From the NCBI GenBank assembly GCA_026395685.1, contig JAPLYG010000016.1, positions 65,035 to 129,034 on the forward strand: a DNA stretch of 64,000 nt, given 5' to 3'. The DNA is from Candidatus Parcubacteria bacterium (GTDB lineage Bacteria; Patescibacteriota; Patescibacteriia; CAIXNZ01). Below the pieces are notes generated by a model. The model did not search any database. It had not been told where the DNA came from and saw nothing but the letters and a program-made list of their open reading frames with translations. How positions within the stretch are numbered: position 1 is the stretch's first letter; every line of letters starts with the position of its first letter. Both the position numbers and the translations under genes were made by a program. Positions 1 to 9,184 of this stretch are shown here, piece after piece.

Positions 1-189
1 CAAATCGCCGATGTCTGCCTTTACAAACTTATAGTTAGGATTGTTTTCAATGTCTTTTAAATTATCCAGATTGCCGGCGTAAGTCAAAATATCCAAATTA
101 ACAATTTGGTCGTCTGGATAATTGGCCAGCCAATAGCGGATAAAATTGGAGCCGATGAATCCGGCGCCGCCAGTAATGAGTAATTTCAT
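1..189 (-). CDS. rfbB: dTDP-glucose 4,6-dehydratase, N-terminal portion (gene continues past window start)
   Basis: Reverse complement of 1-189 reads from ATG at 187-189 as MKLLITGGAGFIGSNFIRYWLANYPDDQIVNLDILTYAGNLDNLKDIENNPNYKFVKADIGDL. This is the Rossmann GxxGxxG N-terminus and conserved block of RmlB-type 4,6-dehydratases. It is absent from the ORF track because it is truncated by the window edge. Confidence 0.75.
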   Translation of the reverse strand, partial: MKLLITGGAGFIGSNFIRYWLANYPDDQIVNLDILTYAGNLDNLKDIENNPNYKFVKADIGDL

Positions 190-329
190 AGGTATAATAA
201 AACACTGATCAATTCTCACTGATTACACTGATTCAATCTGTGTTATCTGTGGAATAAATCTGTGGTTAAGTTATCAAATATATGTTAAAATATATATATA
301 CATTACCACTTAATTATTCAAAATTCAAT

Positions 330-806
330 ATGAAAGTTTCTGTTTTAAAAGGATTCAGTTTTGGCCTGACTTCTGGTGTGATTACCACCTTGGGCTTAAT
401 GGTCGGGCTTTATGCCACTACCCACTCCAAACTAGTCATGATTGGTGGGATTTTATCAATTGCTGTAGCCGACGCTTTTTCCGATGCTTTAGGCATGCAT
501 ATTTCCGTGGAATCAGAGAATAAACACAAGACTAAGTATGTCTGGATGGCGACCATCAGCACTTTTGCCGCTAAATTTGTTTTTGCCATATCATTTGTTT
601 TACCGATTATTTTATTCAGCGATTTTACGGCCATTATTATCGGCTGTATCTGGGGCATTCTAGTGCTAACGGCTTATTCTTTTTTTCTGGCTAAACAGGA
701 GAATGCCCAGCCTTACAAAATAATCGGCGAGCATGTGGGCATTGCCATTCTGGTCATTATTATCACTAATTTTGTGGGACAGTGGATTGAAAAAATATTT
801 AGATAA
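330..806 (+). CDS. VIT1/CCC1-family (DUF125-like) membrane protein, putative iron/manganese transporter
   Basis: ORF 282-806. A likely start is Met17 (MKVSVLKGFSFGLTSGVITTLGLMVGL...). It has multiple hydrophobic helices with the GLxxGxxTTLGLMxG and SIAxADAxSDALG blocks typical of the VIT family. Confidence 0.55.
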   Translation: MKVSVLKGFSFGLTSGVITTLGLMVGLYATTHSKLVMIGGILSIAVADAFSDALGMHISVESENKHKTKYVWMATISTFAAKFVFAISFVLPIILFSDFTAIIIGCIWGILVLTAYSFFLAKQENAQPYKIIGEHVGIAILVIIITNFVGQWIEKIFR

Positions 807-813
807 CTTTACA

Positions 814-912
814 AAAAACGCTCAGGCAGAAAAAATATTAATTTTGTAGAGACGCCCCCGCGCTGCGGGGCGTCTCTACAGGAGTTTATCCTATCTGCCT
901 GAGCGTTTTTTT
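814..912. terminator. Nested inverted-repeat (bidirectional) terminator between convergent genes
   Basis: The outer inverted repeat is aaaaaacgctcaggcaga (814-831) paired with tctgcctgagcgttttttt (894-912). The inner GC stem is gtagagacgcccc / ggggcgtctctac (846-879). A/T runs lie on both sides. Confidence 0.6.
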
Positions 913-1366
913 ATTTAATCAAACTTAAATCCTGATTAATCACAATGGGCTGCATACCTTTAATTTCTTCAAAATAGCTGACGCCTTCGGGAATTGGATT
1001 ATATAAATATATCGGCTTCTTCAACCAGTTCGCCAAAGCCATTTCCATCAACGTATTACCGCCGATATAATTGGCTATGTTGTTTTTTTCATAATTTAAA
1101 ACTAAAATCACATCAGCCTGATTTATCTTTTCATTATGCCACGAAATCGCCTGATTTTTACGTTCCCATACCCAGTCTAGGCTTTCACCCTTTTCCACCA
1201 TTTCCTTGCGAATACGATAATATTCTTCAACCGGAATCATTTCCCCATCTTTATTGGGAACCTCATGGGGCGGGGTTAAGACTTGATGCCCTAACGTTTC
1301 TAATTGTTTCTTAACCTCAACGATCTGAGGCCAGAACTTTATGGAGGCGCAAATAGTAATTGTCAT
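911..1366 (-). CDS. Nucleoside 2-deoxyribosyltransferase-like (Rossmann/flavodoxin-like) protein
   Basis: 151 aa. It has an N-terminal TICASIKFW block, then ADVILVLNY...GGNTLMEMALA, resembling the PF05014-like fold. Assigned by eye only. Its start overlaps the stop of the upstream gene (ATGA at 1363-1366). Confidence 0.4.
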   Translation of the reverse strand: MTITICASIKFWPQIVEVKKQLETLGHQVLTPPHEVPNKDGEMIPVEEYYRIRKEMVEKGESLDWVWERKNQAISWHNEKINQADVILVLNYEKNNIANYIGGNTLMEMALANWLKKPIYLYNPIPEGVSYFEEIKGMQPIVINQDLSLIK

Positions 1367-2268
1367 ATTATCTTTTTATTAGCTGCCGATTTACGATGAC
1401 TTAAAACAAAATCTAGATCTTTTTTATACTGTTTTCTTCTATCTGCTAATTCTTCATTATGCTGTTTTTTACGGATTGCCAAAACTTCTTTTGTGGAAAA
1501 AACTGGAGTATCATCATGTTCCACCAAAACTTCCAAAGCCCTATCCATTCCGTAATTCAATTTTTCACCCTGTGGAAAAGGCTTGGCATACTTAGTTAAA
1601 CAGGCTGTAATATATTTTTGTTCAATTACCCCTCTGAGCATAACTTTACCCTGCCTGGAACCTGCGATTTGCGAGACTAAGGAAGCTGGCAGATCTAAAA
1701 CAATAACCAAATTTCCGTATTTAGCTGCTTCATAAGGGTCAGTCGTAGCAGAAATAAAGGGCGAAAACGCGGAATGAGAACTGCCTCGGCTATGAAAAAA
1801 ATGCAATTGCTTGATTATTTCGCTTATTGGATTGCCTAAAATCACTCTCTCCTTAATTTTTTTTAAATCCTGATCAAGATACATTGTTTCCTCATATGGC
1901 AATAAAGGTCGAACCGCTTCTACGTATTTTAAAAAACTCTCATAAGATAAATTTATTGCCAAATTTGCCACAGTGCGCTTTAATTCATTAAATCTCTCCT
2001 GATCAAATTTATCACTTTTTGTTTTAATTTTACGCAAGGCGTATGGCAATTGTTCCAACATGCTTTCATCCGAATTAACCATTCCGCGGTAAACACGAAG
2101 CATTTTTTCCTTAACAGGCTGCTCCCTTTCGAGAACAATTACCTGCTGAAAGATATCATCATTTGCAGGATAATCTTTATGGCGAATATGCGCCTGCTTT
2201 AAAACGCGTTCAACAGCATTTGTAATGGCTGATCTTTCTAAATTTTTGCTCTCAAAATCATTAAACAT
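1363..2268 (-). CDS. Hypothetical protein (301 aa), translationally coupled to the downstream NDT-like gene
   Basis: Long ORF with no recognisable family. It contains RG...SxFSPFISATTD...E motifs (see findings). It sits in an operon with arfB and the NDT-like gene. Confidence 0.5.
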   Translation of the reverse strand: MFNDFESKNLERSAITNAVERVLKQAHIRHKDYPANDDIFQQVIVLEREQPVKEKMLRVYRGMVNSDESMLEQLPYALRKIKTKSDKFDQERFNELKRTVANLAINLSYESFLKYVEAVRPLLPYEETMYLDQDLKKIKERVILGNPISEIIKQLHFFHSRGSSHSAFSPFISATTDPYEAAKYGNLVIVLDLPASLVSQIAGSRQGKVMLRGVIEQKYITACLTKYAKPFPQGEKLNYGMDRALEVLVEHDDTPVFSTKEVLAIRKKQHNEELADRRKQYKKDLDFVLSHRKSAANKKII

Positions 2269-2273
2269 ATTTA

Positions 2274-2675
2274 TTAATACTCAAATTTAGATTTTCTTAA
2301 TTTCTTTATTTTAGAAACATGCTTTTTGGATTCCAGCCTTCTTTCCTTGGAACTCTTGGTAGGATTAGTTTTAAATCTAGCTTTGGCAGGAATTAAGGCC
2401 TCATTCACCAGCTGATTAAGCCTGGCAATAACAACTTCCTTATTTTGTGACTGAGCACGTTCGCTTTGCGACCAGAGAATAAGCTCACCCTTTTCAGTTA
2501 TTCTGCCGTGTAATTTGTGAAGAATTATATGTTTTTGTTCGGGACTTAAAACCTGTGAATTATAAACATCCCAGCGCAAAGTCGCTTTGGTTTCAACTTT
2601 ATTGACATTCTGTCCCCCTTTTCCCCCGCTTCGGGAAAAAGTAATTTCTAATTCTTTTTCCGGTATTTGAATCAT
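2274..2675 (-). CDS. arfB: Alternative ribosome-rescue factor ArfB (peptidyl-tRNA hydrolase, GGQ family)
   Basis: 133 aa. It has the GGQ motif (SGGKGGQNVNKVETK) and a basic C-terminal tail (SKERRLESKKHVSKIKKLRKSK), as in YaeJ/ArfB. Confidence 0.85.
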   Translation of the reverse strand: MIQIPEKELEITFSRSGGKGGQNVNKVETKATLRWDVYNSQVLSPEQKHIILHKLHGRITEKGELILWSQSERAQSQNKEVVIARLNQLVNEALIPAKARFKTNPTKSSKERRLESKKHVSKIKKLRKSKFEY

Positions 2676-2716
2676 AAATAAGATTTATATTGACTACACT
2701 TCTATTTAATTTTTTA

Positions 2717-3406
2717 TTATTCTGCCGAATCAATTAATTCCTGATAATTCAAGCTGGTATACGGCCAATTTTCCGGCAAGCCGTGTTTGAGGTGGTTATA
2801 CACCGTATAGTTATAACGATTTTCAAAATCTTTTTCAGATACCAGATGGTTTTCATGGAATCTGATAAAGTGGTCGAAAAATGATTTTTGCCAGCGGAAT
2901 TTTGGGTAGGGATTTGTCCCATTGTAAACTGTAACAAACCTAGCTCTTAATTCATTTATCCGTTTTAAAGGATATTCGCCTTCGTCGCCCATTCGTAGGC
3001 GACACAAGCTTGTGTCGCCTACGAATGGCACGCCTACTTGAGATGCGCTAAAACTTTTCGTTAAGTCGCCTACTAATGTAACGTCTGCGCTAGACGCGCC
3101 AAAACTTCCCGTAAAACCTGATGTAATATTTATATTCCTAGAAACATTACGCTTTAAAGATTTTAAGATTTGCGAAATATTAAAGATCTGCCCTGGCGCA
3201 ATTAATAAATTCACGTGATCGTATATAATTGAAAATCCATACAGCTTAAAAGCCTTTAACTTCTTGCAAATATTCAAATCCTCAATAAAGGAATCGCAAA
3301 AAATAGCCTCCTTAAAATACGGATAATTATTATGGGTCTTAATTACGATATAATAAACTGCACCGGGAAAATAAATTCTTTTAAACGAATTTTTATGCAA
3401 TAACAT
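2717..3406 (-). CDS. IS200/IS605-like (REP-associated tyrosine transposase-like) HuH protein with a degenerate HuH motif and an in-frame ~50-codon repeat insertion
   Basis: The N-terminus GAVYYIVIKTHNNYPYF...LYGFSIIYDHVNLLI and C-terminus YNYTVYNHLKHGL match the Y1 HuH transposase fold. The HuH motif reads H-V-N rather than H-u-H. The central segment (VSRNINITSGFTGSFGASSADVTLVGDL...) is encoded by palindromic repeat DNA at 2940-3130. Confidence 0.55.
   Translation of the reverse strand: MLLHKNSFKRIYFPGAVYYIVIKTHNNYPYFKEAIFCDSFIEDLNICKKLKAFKLYGFSIIYDHVNLLIAPGQIFNISQILKSLKRNVSRNINITSGFTGSFGASSADVTLVGDLTKSFSASQVGVPFVGDTSLCRLRMGDEGEYPLKRINELRARFVTVYNGTNPYPKFRWQKSFFDHFIRFHENHLVSEKDFENRYNYTVYNHLKHGLPENWPYTSLNYQELIDSAE
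2940..3130. repeat. Palindrome-rich insertion inside the RAYT-like gene
   Basis: There is a perfect 38-bp palindrome cattcgtaggcgacacaag|cttgtgtcgcctacgaatg at 2990-3027. Several gtaggcgac / gcgctagacgcgcc repeats follow. The reading frame is kept open. Confidence 0.6.
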
Positions 3407-3408
3407 TT

Positions 3409-3861
3409 TTAATCAATTTTAAAAGGCGAGGCCGGATCCTTTTCCCAGCGGATTTCATCAACTTCTTCAGTCTTGCCTTCTCCTTTATATAATTTATCCG
3501 GTAAATTAATGGAATAAGCAGACTCTTTTGAAATACACTTATAACCATGCACTACTCCCGGGGGGACCGAAACACCAACCGGGTTATTCTCCCCCACTTC
3601 AATTAATTCCTTTTGCCCAAAAGTCTCACTATCCTTACGATTGTCCCAAAGATACAAATTAAAACTTCCCGGCCCGACAAAAACGAAAAAATCACTTTGC
3701 GCCTTATGCTCATGAGGCCCGCGAATAATACCTGGATTGGTTACGGAAACATAGCCCATGGCCGGCTGATAATTAGCTTCGTCGCGACGGTAAATTTCCG
3801 ATAACCAGCCGCGCTCATCAGAAAACTTTTCCAATTTTTTTATAATTACTCCCTGCAGCAT
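3409..3861 (-). CDS. dTDP-4-dehydrorhamnose 3,5-epimerase-family cupin (RmlC-like)
   Basis: 150 aa. It carries the RmlC-like blocks DERGWLSE, RGPHEHK, DSETFGQK and PPGVVHGY. Confidence 0.6.
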   Translation of the reverse strand: MLQGVIIKKLEKFSDERGWLSEIYRRDEANYQPAMGYVSVTNPGIIRGPHEHKAQSDFFVFVGPGSFNLYLWDNRKDSETFGQKELIEVGENNPVGVSVPPGVVHGYKCISKESAYSINLPDKLYKGEGKTEEVDEIRWEKDPASPFKID

Positions 3862-4232
3862 AAAGATATTAAATAATAACTAATTATAGCGCTGGCGACT
3901 CCGACTAAAAGCGCCAGATAGCCGATTTGTCTGGTAAAATAAGTGCTGATTAATCCCAAAAGAATAGCACAGAAAATTATTGCGGAATAATCCAAAAAAT
4001 TTAAATTATTTTTTTCTCGAACTTTAGGCTGATATAAAAATACTGTTATTAAACCAAAAAGCAGAAGCAGCCCCAGCATTAAATCCAGGCTAACATAACT
4101 TAAGATTATCCGGGGTTTAATAGCTTCCGCGATGGTAAATACCAAAAACAAAGCAAACAAAGCCAAAAACAAATCTTTAGCGACAATACTAATTAAATCC
4201 CTTGTTTCCTGTTTAATATTGATTTTTAACAT
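3846..4232 (-). CDS. Small polytopic membrane protein, hypothetical
   Basis: 128 aa with 3-4 predicted hydrophobic helices. It overlaps its neighbours, consistent with an operon. Confidence 0.4.
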   Translation of the reverse strand: MLKINIKQETRDLISIVAKDLFLALFALFLVFTIAEAIKPRIILSYVSLDLMLGLLLLFGLITVFLYQPKVREKNNLNFLDYSAIIFCAILLGLISTYFTRQIGYLALLVGVASAIISYYLISLCCRE

Positions 4233-4800
4233 AGGTAAAATAATTCATTAAATTTTGCCAGATATTATCCTGCCAAATCGGCTTTCTTTCCAGCCGGACC
4301 TTGATTCCTAAAATTTCAATTCCCCCTTTTCCAATGTCATACTCAGGTACTGAAATCATAAACCTCAGCTTGCCATTATTAATATTTTTATCAGCCAAGT
4401 CATACTCTGCCATTCCAATTTTATAACTATTTGACGAATCTTTCAACTCATTTAGCGGTTTTAAATCCCAGCCATTTTTCAAATTCGGGCCAAGCAGGAT
4501 CTTATTGCCGTATTCATTTTTATATTTCATTTCAACTTTTATCCTAATAAAGTCCCTGGGCAAATACAAATCAAAATAAACCGGTTCAGCCTGCAGATAA
4601 TTTGTCTTAGCCATAACTATGCGATCCTGGGGTTTGAGCACGGAAAAATATGGCGTGAATTTCAGAAAATCAGTTTTTATTTCCCGATAACCCAGCCAGG
4701 CAAAATCCTGTAAAAATACAAACAATAATATAGCCGCAGTGCCGACTATGACGATAATACTTAAAATTTTACTGATTGTCATTCTCTTCATAATCGACAA
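4213..4800 (-). CDS. Membrane-anchored hypothetical protein
   Basis: 195 aa with an N-terminal TM helix (ILSIIVIVGTAAILLFVFL). No recognisable family. Confidence 0.4.
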   Translation of the reverse strand: MSIMKRMTISKILSIIVIVGTAAILLFVFLQDFAWLGYREIKTDFLKFTPYFSVLKPQDRIVMAKTNYLQAEPVYFDLYLPRDFIRIKVEMKYKNEYGNKILLGPNLKNGWDLKPLNELKDSSNSYKIGMAEYDLADKNINNGKLRFMISVPEYDIGKGGIEILGIKVRLERKPIWQDNIWQNLMNYFTYVKNQY

Positions 4801-6412
4801 ATTCTATTTTATACAGGCTTTCCTTGGCTGTTATTTCCTTTTTATCTCTTAACTCCAGGCCATACTGATTTAAAAGCAGATTAAATTTATTTAAAAAATC
4901 TTCGCCTTCATAAGAATAATAATAAAGGGGCACTTTGTTTTCAATAATATTAGCCCAGCGATCATAATCATCTTCTTGCCAGCGTCCAATCACTTTGCGT
5001 TCAGGAAAAAATACCTTATCACTGCGCTGGCTTATAATAATCGCCTGATCTTCAGTCAGCGCCAAGACCTTTTGCGAAATTGCCTGATAATCCTTCAAAT
5101 TCCCTGCAATTTTAATTAAATTATCTTCTCCGCTAAAGTATACGAGATTTAAGCTAAAGGCAAATAACGAGATGAAGACAAAAATCCCGGCTGCTATTTT
5201 TAATTTTTTACCGTCAAATAAACCAATCAGCCAGTAATAAAAGATTGCCGCAAACGGCAGGGCCAAAATATATATCGGCAAGAAATAACGCACGTACGAA
5301 ATGCCCAGATGATTCAGCTGCAGAGTCATAACATCTTCAAAAATCCAGCTGCCGTAATAAGCAAGCAAATAAATACTGACCAAGAAAAAAACCAAAAAAT
5401 ATACTGCCTGTTTTTGCGCCTGATATTTCTTAAAAAAAATCAAAATGCCTAAAAGCGCGCCCACAAAATATAAGGGGAAAAGCTGAAGTACATAAGTATT
5501 AAAATTCGCCAGGATCGCGCGCGGATGCAGGCCAAACGGTAAAATTAAAAATTTGGTCAGGTTGATGAATTCCGAGCTGGTTGCTTTAAATTCAGTGGGC
5601 AAAGCAGAGGCCAGAGTCGGACCATTTTGCAGGCGCAAATAACCGAATGACAGAAAATAGCCGTAAGTCTGCTGATTAAAATAAAAAATCGGCAAAAAAA
5701 CTAAAATACATATTGCGCAAAAAATCAGACCAAATTGCCACTTGATATTCTTGCGATAAACCAAAGCTAACAGCAATAAAATTCCCAGGATCCAGATGAA
5801 CTCATTTGTGCGGATGGCCAAAGCCAAGGCAATAAACAATAAACCAACGGCGATCCTCAAATAATTTATTTTAATGTTCTGGTTTAAACTCACAATTAAA
5901 TAAAAACCAACCAGTAAAAAAGCAATGAAGGCGGTATTGGGCAAAAATGAAAAATTGGCATAATACCACCAGCCTGGAAAAATAAACATTAAAAGTGCGC
6001 TGAAAAAAGCAATTTTCGGCTCAAAAATTTTCAGCAATAATTTATAGAAAAAGATAACGCCGATAACCGCCAATAACGAGGTAACAAATCCCACAAGTCC
6101 GATACCGATTATTTTCCCGATTAATCCATAAAGCAAAAGCATTCCCAGAAACGAGCCGGGCACCAGATTCCCCTGATAGACATTAAAGCTTCTGGGTTTA
6201 ATTATATTATCAACGTTTAAATTTATCGGCTCAGCAAAGCTAAAATTACTCTGGCTGACAAAATTCTTAATAAAAAAATAATTGGCAGTTTCATCCGGCC
6301 AGGTAAAATGGCTGCCTGGATTTGAGAAAATCAAAAACGAATAAACAAAAAAGAATACCACTGCTAAGGATGATAGAATCAAGATTGGTTTGGTTTTTAG
6401 GTTTAAGCTCAT
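4769..6412 (-). CDS. GT-C-fold polytopic membrane glycosyltransferase (ArnT/PMT-like), putative
   Basis: 547 aa with more than 10 TM helices. A W-P-D-E-T-A-N-Y acidic motif sits in the first extracytoplasmic loop, as in GT39/GT83 enzymes. Confidence 0.45.
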   Translation of the reverse strand: MSLNLKTKPILILSSLAVVFFFVYSFLIFSNPGSHFTWPDETANYFFIKNFVSQSNFSFAEPINLNVDNIIKPRSFNVYQGNLVPGSFLGMLLLYGLIGKIIGIGLVGFVTSLLAVIGVIFFYKLLLKIFEPKIAFFSALLMFIFPGWWYYANFSFLPNTAFIAFLLVGFYLIVSLNQNIKINYLRIAVGLLFIALALAIRTNEFIWILGILLLLALVYRKNIKWQFGLIFCAICILVFLPIFYFNQQTYGYFLSFGYLRLQNGPTLASALPTEFKATSSEFINLTKFLILPFGLHPRAILANFNTYVLQLFPLYFVGALLGILIFFKKYQAQKQAVYFLVFFLVSIYLLAYYGSWIFEDVMTLQLNHLGISYVRYFLPIYILALPFAAIFYYWLIGLFDGKKLKIAAGIFVFISLFAFSLNLVYFSGEDNLIKIAGNLKDYQAISQKVLALTEDQAIIISQRSDKVFFPERKVIGRWQEDDYDRWANIIENKVPLYYYSYEGEDFLNKFNLLLNQYGLELRDKKEITAKESLYKIEFVDYEENDNQ

Positions 6413-6460
6413 TGATTTGTTTTAATTAAGCTACTAATTTACTAATTGGATACTAATCTA

Positions 6461-6913
6461 CTAATTTAAGAATTTTCTAAACTTACTTAAATTTAATTCA
6501 GCTGATTTTGTTTCCATACCAGTGGATAAATTTACGACTCTTAAGTAATTAACACCTTTGGGCGTAAAATTTACCAAAATCGCCAGATCCTTTTTTGTTG
6601 CCTGCAAATAACCCTTTACCTGATCAAAATCAGCTTTAGCAAATCTTTTACCAACTTTCAACTCCAAGACAATTTTATCCTCAATTAAAAAATCCAAATA
6701 ATAGCGGCCTATCGCTTTACCCTTAAAAATTAATTTAAATGGCACCTGCTTCTGATATTTGATTCCCTGTAAATCAAGGCTGCGCTCAATCGCTTTTTGG
6801 TAGTATTTTTCCTGATACCCATAACCCAGCTCATTATAGACATTAAAAAGCACCCCAACCACCTTGTAGCTCAATTCCTTATGTAATAAATCATCCCTAT
6901 AATTCCCCGCCAT
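6461..6913 (-). CDS. GxxExxY-family protein (PD-(D/E)XK-like)
   Basis: 150 aa. The opening LLHKELSYKVVGVLFNVYNELGYGYQEKYYQKAIE shows the signature G-x-x-E-x-x-Y. Confidence 0.7.
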   Translation of the reverse strand: MAGNYRDDLLHKELSYKVVGVLFNVYNELGYGYQEKYYQKAIERSLDLQGIKYQKQVPFKLIFKGKAIGRYYLDFLIEDKIVLELKVGKRFAKADFDQVKGYLQATKKDLAILVNFTPKGVNYLRVVNLSTGMETKSAELNLSKFRKFLN

Positions 6914-6994
6914 AGTATTAGTAGATTAGATATAATTAGCTGATTAGTAACCCTATTACCTTTTATTTTAGCAAAAATATGATAAAATTAAAAC

Positions 6995-9124
6995 ATGTAT
7001 AAAATAATTTCTCTCATTACATGTAGTACGCTAATATTAGCCATTTTATTAAATTTAAACTGGCTCCACTCCTCTTATCTCGGGGTAATTTTAAGTTTAG
7101 CCTACCTGATAATCTTTGGCTATTTGCTGGGCAAACTGGTATTTCCTTCATTTGAAAAATCCTGGCAATGCCTCATGGGTACATTTTCCCTGATATGCAG
7201 CTATTCCCTCTTAGGCGCGTTTGTTTACTATTTTTACCGCCTGGACCAGCTTGTCGTCAGTATTCTTTTAACCGTAATTTCAGTAGTTATCTTATATCTA
7301 TATTTTCCCAAATTCCAAAATTTCAGATCTCAGCTCTCAGATCTCAGCTCTCAAATCAAAGCAACCTCATACAACTTCATAAAACCTAATATAACTTCAT
7401 ATAACATAGTTCTCACATTCACCTATTTACTCCTTTTCAGCGTCGCCACCGTCCTCTTATTCTCCTGCCAAACCACCGAGGCCATCAAATCCACCTGGCA
7501 AGTCATTCCCAAATCATTTTTCCTGATTTACTTTTTAGCATCCCTTAATTTATTATTACTTCTAATTAAATCTCAAGCAACCTCATACAACATAATACAA
7601 CATAATAAAACTTCATATAACTTGTTTCTAATCAGCCTACATTTCTTCCTCACAACTTCTGTCGCCCTAATCATCTACAAACTCGGCTACGGCTTTGACC
7701 CGTTCATCCACCAGGCCACGGAATCAGCAATTTTCAAGCAGGGATTTATTTTACCCAAGCCTTTATATTATTTGGGGCAATATTCCATAGTGATCATATT
7801 GTCTCATCTGTTTCAAATCTCAACCGACTGGATTGATAAACTTTTATTGCCGATTTTGCTGTCAGTCTTTTTACCATACACAATTTATACGAGTTTAACC
7901 AAAGCTTTTCACTGGGCGAAAAATCAGGCGCTGACTTTGTCCTTAATATTTTTAATCTTGCCTTTTGAACTTTTTATTGTAACTAACCCCCAAGCCCTGG
8001 CCAATTTGCTGGCAATTATAATTTTATTCCTGTCATTTTTGTATTTAAAAGACAAACAAATTCCTTTTTGGTTTTTAGTCTTTTTAACTTTAATAACTTT
8101 GGCAATTCATGCGCTGGCTGGCATCCCCATTTTGATCTATTTAATCCTAATCTACTTAACCAGCCACAACGGCAAAGCCAGCCGAGTAATTACCCCGATT
8201 TTTTCAATTGTCGCAGCCTGTATTTTACCAGTAGCTTTATATATAAATTCTTTAGTCTCAAGTTATAAAGTTCAATTCAACTGGCAATCATTTGATTTAA
8301 TAAGCTGTCCGACAATTTTTTCCAAACAATTTAATTACTTTTTAGATTTAGCTTATCTGTACAAAAATAGTATTCACTGGTTAATTTTAATTCTAGCCTT
8401 AATTACCTTTGTTATCCTGATTCGACGTAAAATTACTAGTTATTTCATTCCCAGTTTACTGACCTTTTTCATCCTGATTGCCAATGCCATTTTCCTGAAT
8501 TTCACCAACGTATCCATGATTATCAATTATGAACAAGGCGAATTTAGCGAGCGGGTATGGCAACTGGCGTTTTACTTTTTACTGCCCACTTGTTGTTATG
8601 GCATTTATCTAGTCTTAGAAAAAATTGAGCTCAAACCGTTTATCTATAAGTTTGCCTTTATTTCTGCTTTTAGCATAGCCATAACCGCTTCCCTTTACCT
8701 GAGCTACCCGCGCTTTGATGATTATGATAATTCCAAATTTATCAACGTATCAGCAGCTGACTTTGACGCTTTAAATTTTATTGAAAAAAACAGCGCTGGC
8801 AAGCCATACATTGTCATTACCAACCAATCTACTTCGGCGGCAGCTTTAAAAACCTTTGGCTTTACCCGCTACTACCATGGACACTATTTTTATCCGATTC
8901 CAACCGGAGGAGAATTATACAAATATTATGAAAGCATGATATATGAAAAAGCCAGCAAAGAGACTATGATTAAAGCCATGGATTTGGCTGATGTCGATAT
9001 TGCCTATTTTGTACTTCCCTTTTACTGGAGTCGCTTTGAAACCATCAGCAAACAAGCTGAAGCCTCAGCTGATGCAGTCTATAATTTGGGCAATAAGGTT
9101 ATGGTTTTCAAATATTACAAATAA
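6995..9124 (+). CDS. Large polytopic membrane protein (709 aa), possible glycan-polymerase/GT-C-like
   Basis: More than 12 hydrophobic helices plus a ~200-aa soluble C-terminal domain. There is an internal sequence duplication (QIKATSYNFIKPNITSYN and IKSQATSYNIIQHNKTSYN). Confidence 0.45.
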   Translation: MYKIISLITCSTLILAILLNLNWLHSSYLGVILSLAYLIIFGYLLGKLVFPSFEKSWQCLMGTFSLICSYSLLGAFVYYFYRLDQLVVSILLTVISVVILYLYFPKFQNFRSQLSDLSSQIKATSYNFIKPNITSYNIVLTFTYLLLFSVATVLLFSCQTTEAIKSTWQVIPKSFFLIYFLASLNLLLLLIKSQATSYNIIQHNKTSYNLFLISLHFFLTTSVALIIYKLGYGFDPFIHQATESAIFKQGFILPKPLYYLGQYSIVIILSHLFQISTDWIDKLLLPILLSVFLPYTIYTSLTKAFHWAKNQALTLSLIFLILPFELFIVTNPQALANLLAIIILFLSFLYLKDKQIPFWFLVFLTLITLAIHALAGIPILIYLILIYLTSHNGKASRVITPIFSIVAACILPVALYINSLVSSYKVQFNWQSFDLISCPTIFSKQFNYFLDLAYLYKNSIHWLILILALITFVILIRRKITSYFIPSLLTFFILIANAIFLNFTNVSMIINYEQGEFSERVWQLAFYFLLPTCCYGIYLVLEKIELKPFIYKFAFISAFSIAITASLYLSYPRFDDYDNSKFINVSAADFDALNFIEKNSAGKPYIVITNQSTSAAALKTFGFTRYYHGHYFYPIPTGGELYKYYESMIYEKASKETMIKAMDLADVDIAYFVLPFYWSRFETISKQAEASADAVYNLGNKVMVFKYYK

Positions 9125-9139
9125 ATTAATTCGCATAAA

Positions 9140-9172
9140 AATAAAACGGGTCACTCTTTAGTGCCCGTTTTT
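9140..9172. terminator. Intrinsic terminator between convergent genes
   Basis: Hairpin aaacgggtcactctttagtgcccgttttt followed by a T-run. Confidence 0.55.
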
Positions 9173-9184
9173 AATATTGTTTAT

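Noticed and set aside
410-658. Antisense or overlapping small ORFs inside annotated genes, for example 410-658, 994-1314, 2749-2937, 3613-3804, 7168-7389, 8068-8268, 12295-12720, 13622-13807, 14084-14275, 16911-17306, 17020-17274, 18457-18639, 19056-19313, 20190-20411, 21283-21543, 22291-22473, 29956-30144, 32487-32675, 33331-33892, 35215-35592, 38504-38719, 39456-39710, 42615-42830, 43885-44169, 44840-45280, many within 45957-50234, 51376-51763, 52309-52491, 56177-56374, 56920-57128, 57683-57877, 58655-58879, 59783-60004 and 60814-63588.
   Set aside because: They lie fully inside, or opposite to, longer ORFs with clear homology or strong coding character. They have low-complexity or repeat-derived translations. 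No independent support.
7310-7360. 14-bp direct duplication agatctcagctctc x2 inside the 709-aa membrane-protein gene, as a possible slipped-strand phase-variation site.
   Set aside because: There are only two copies and no homopolymer or multi-copy tract. The gene reads through in frame. Insufficient evidence for a contingency locus.
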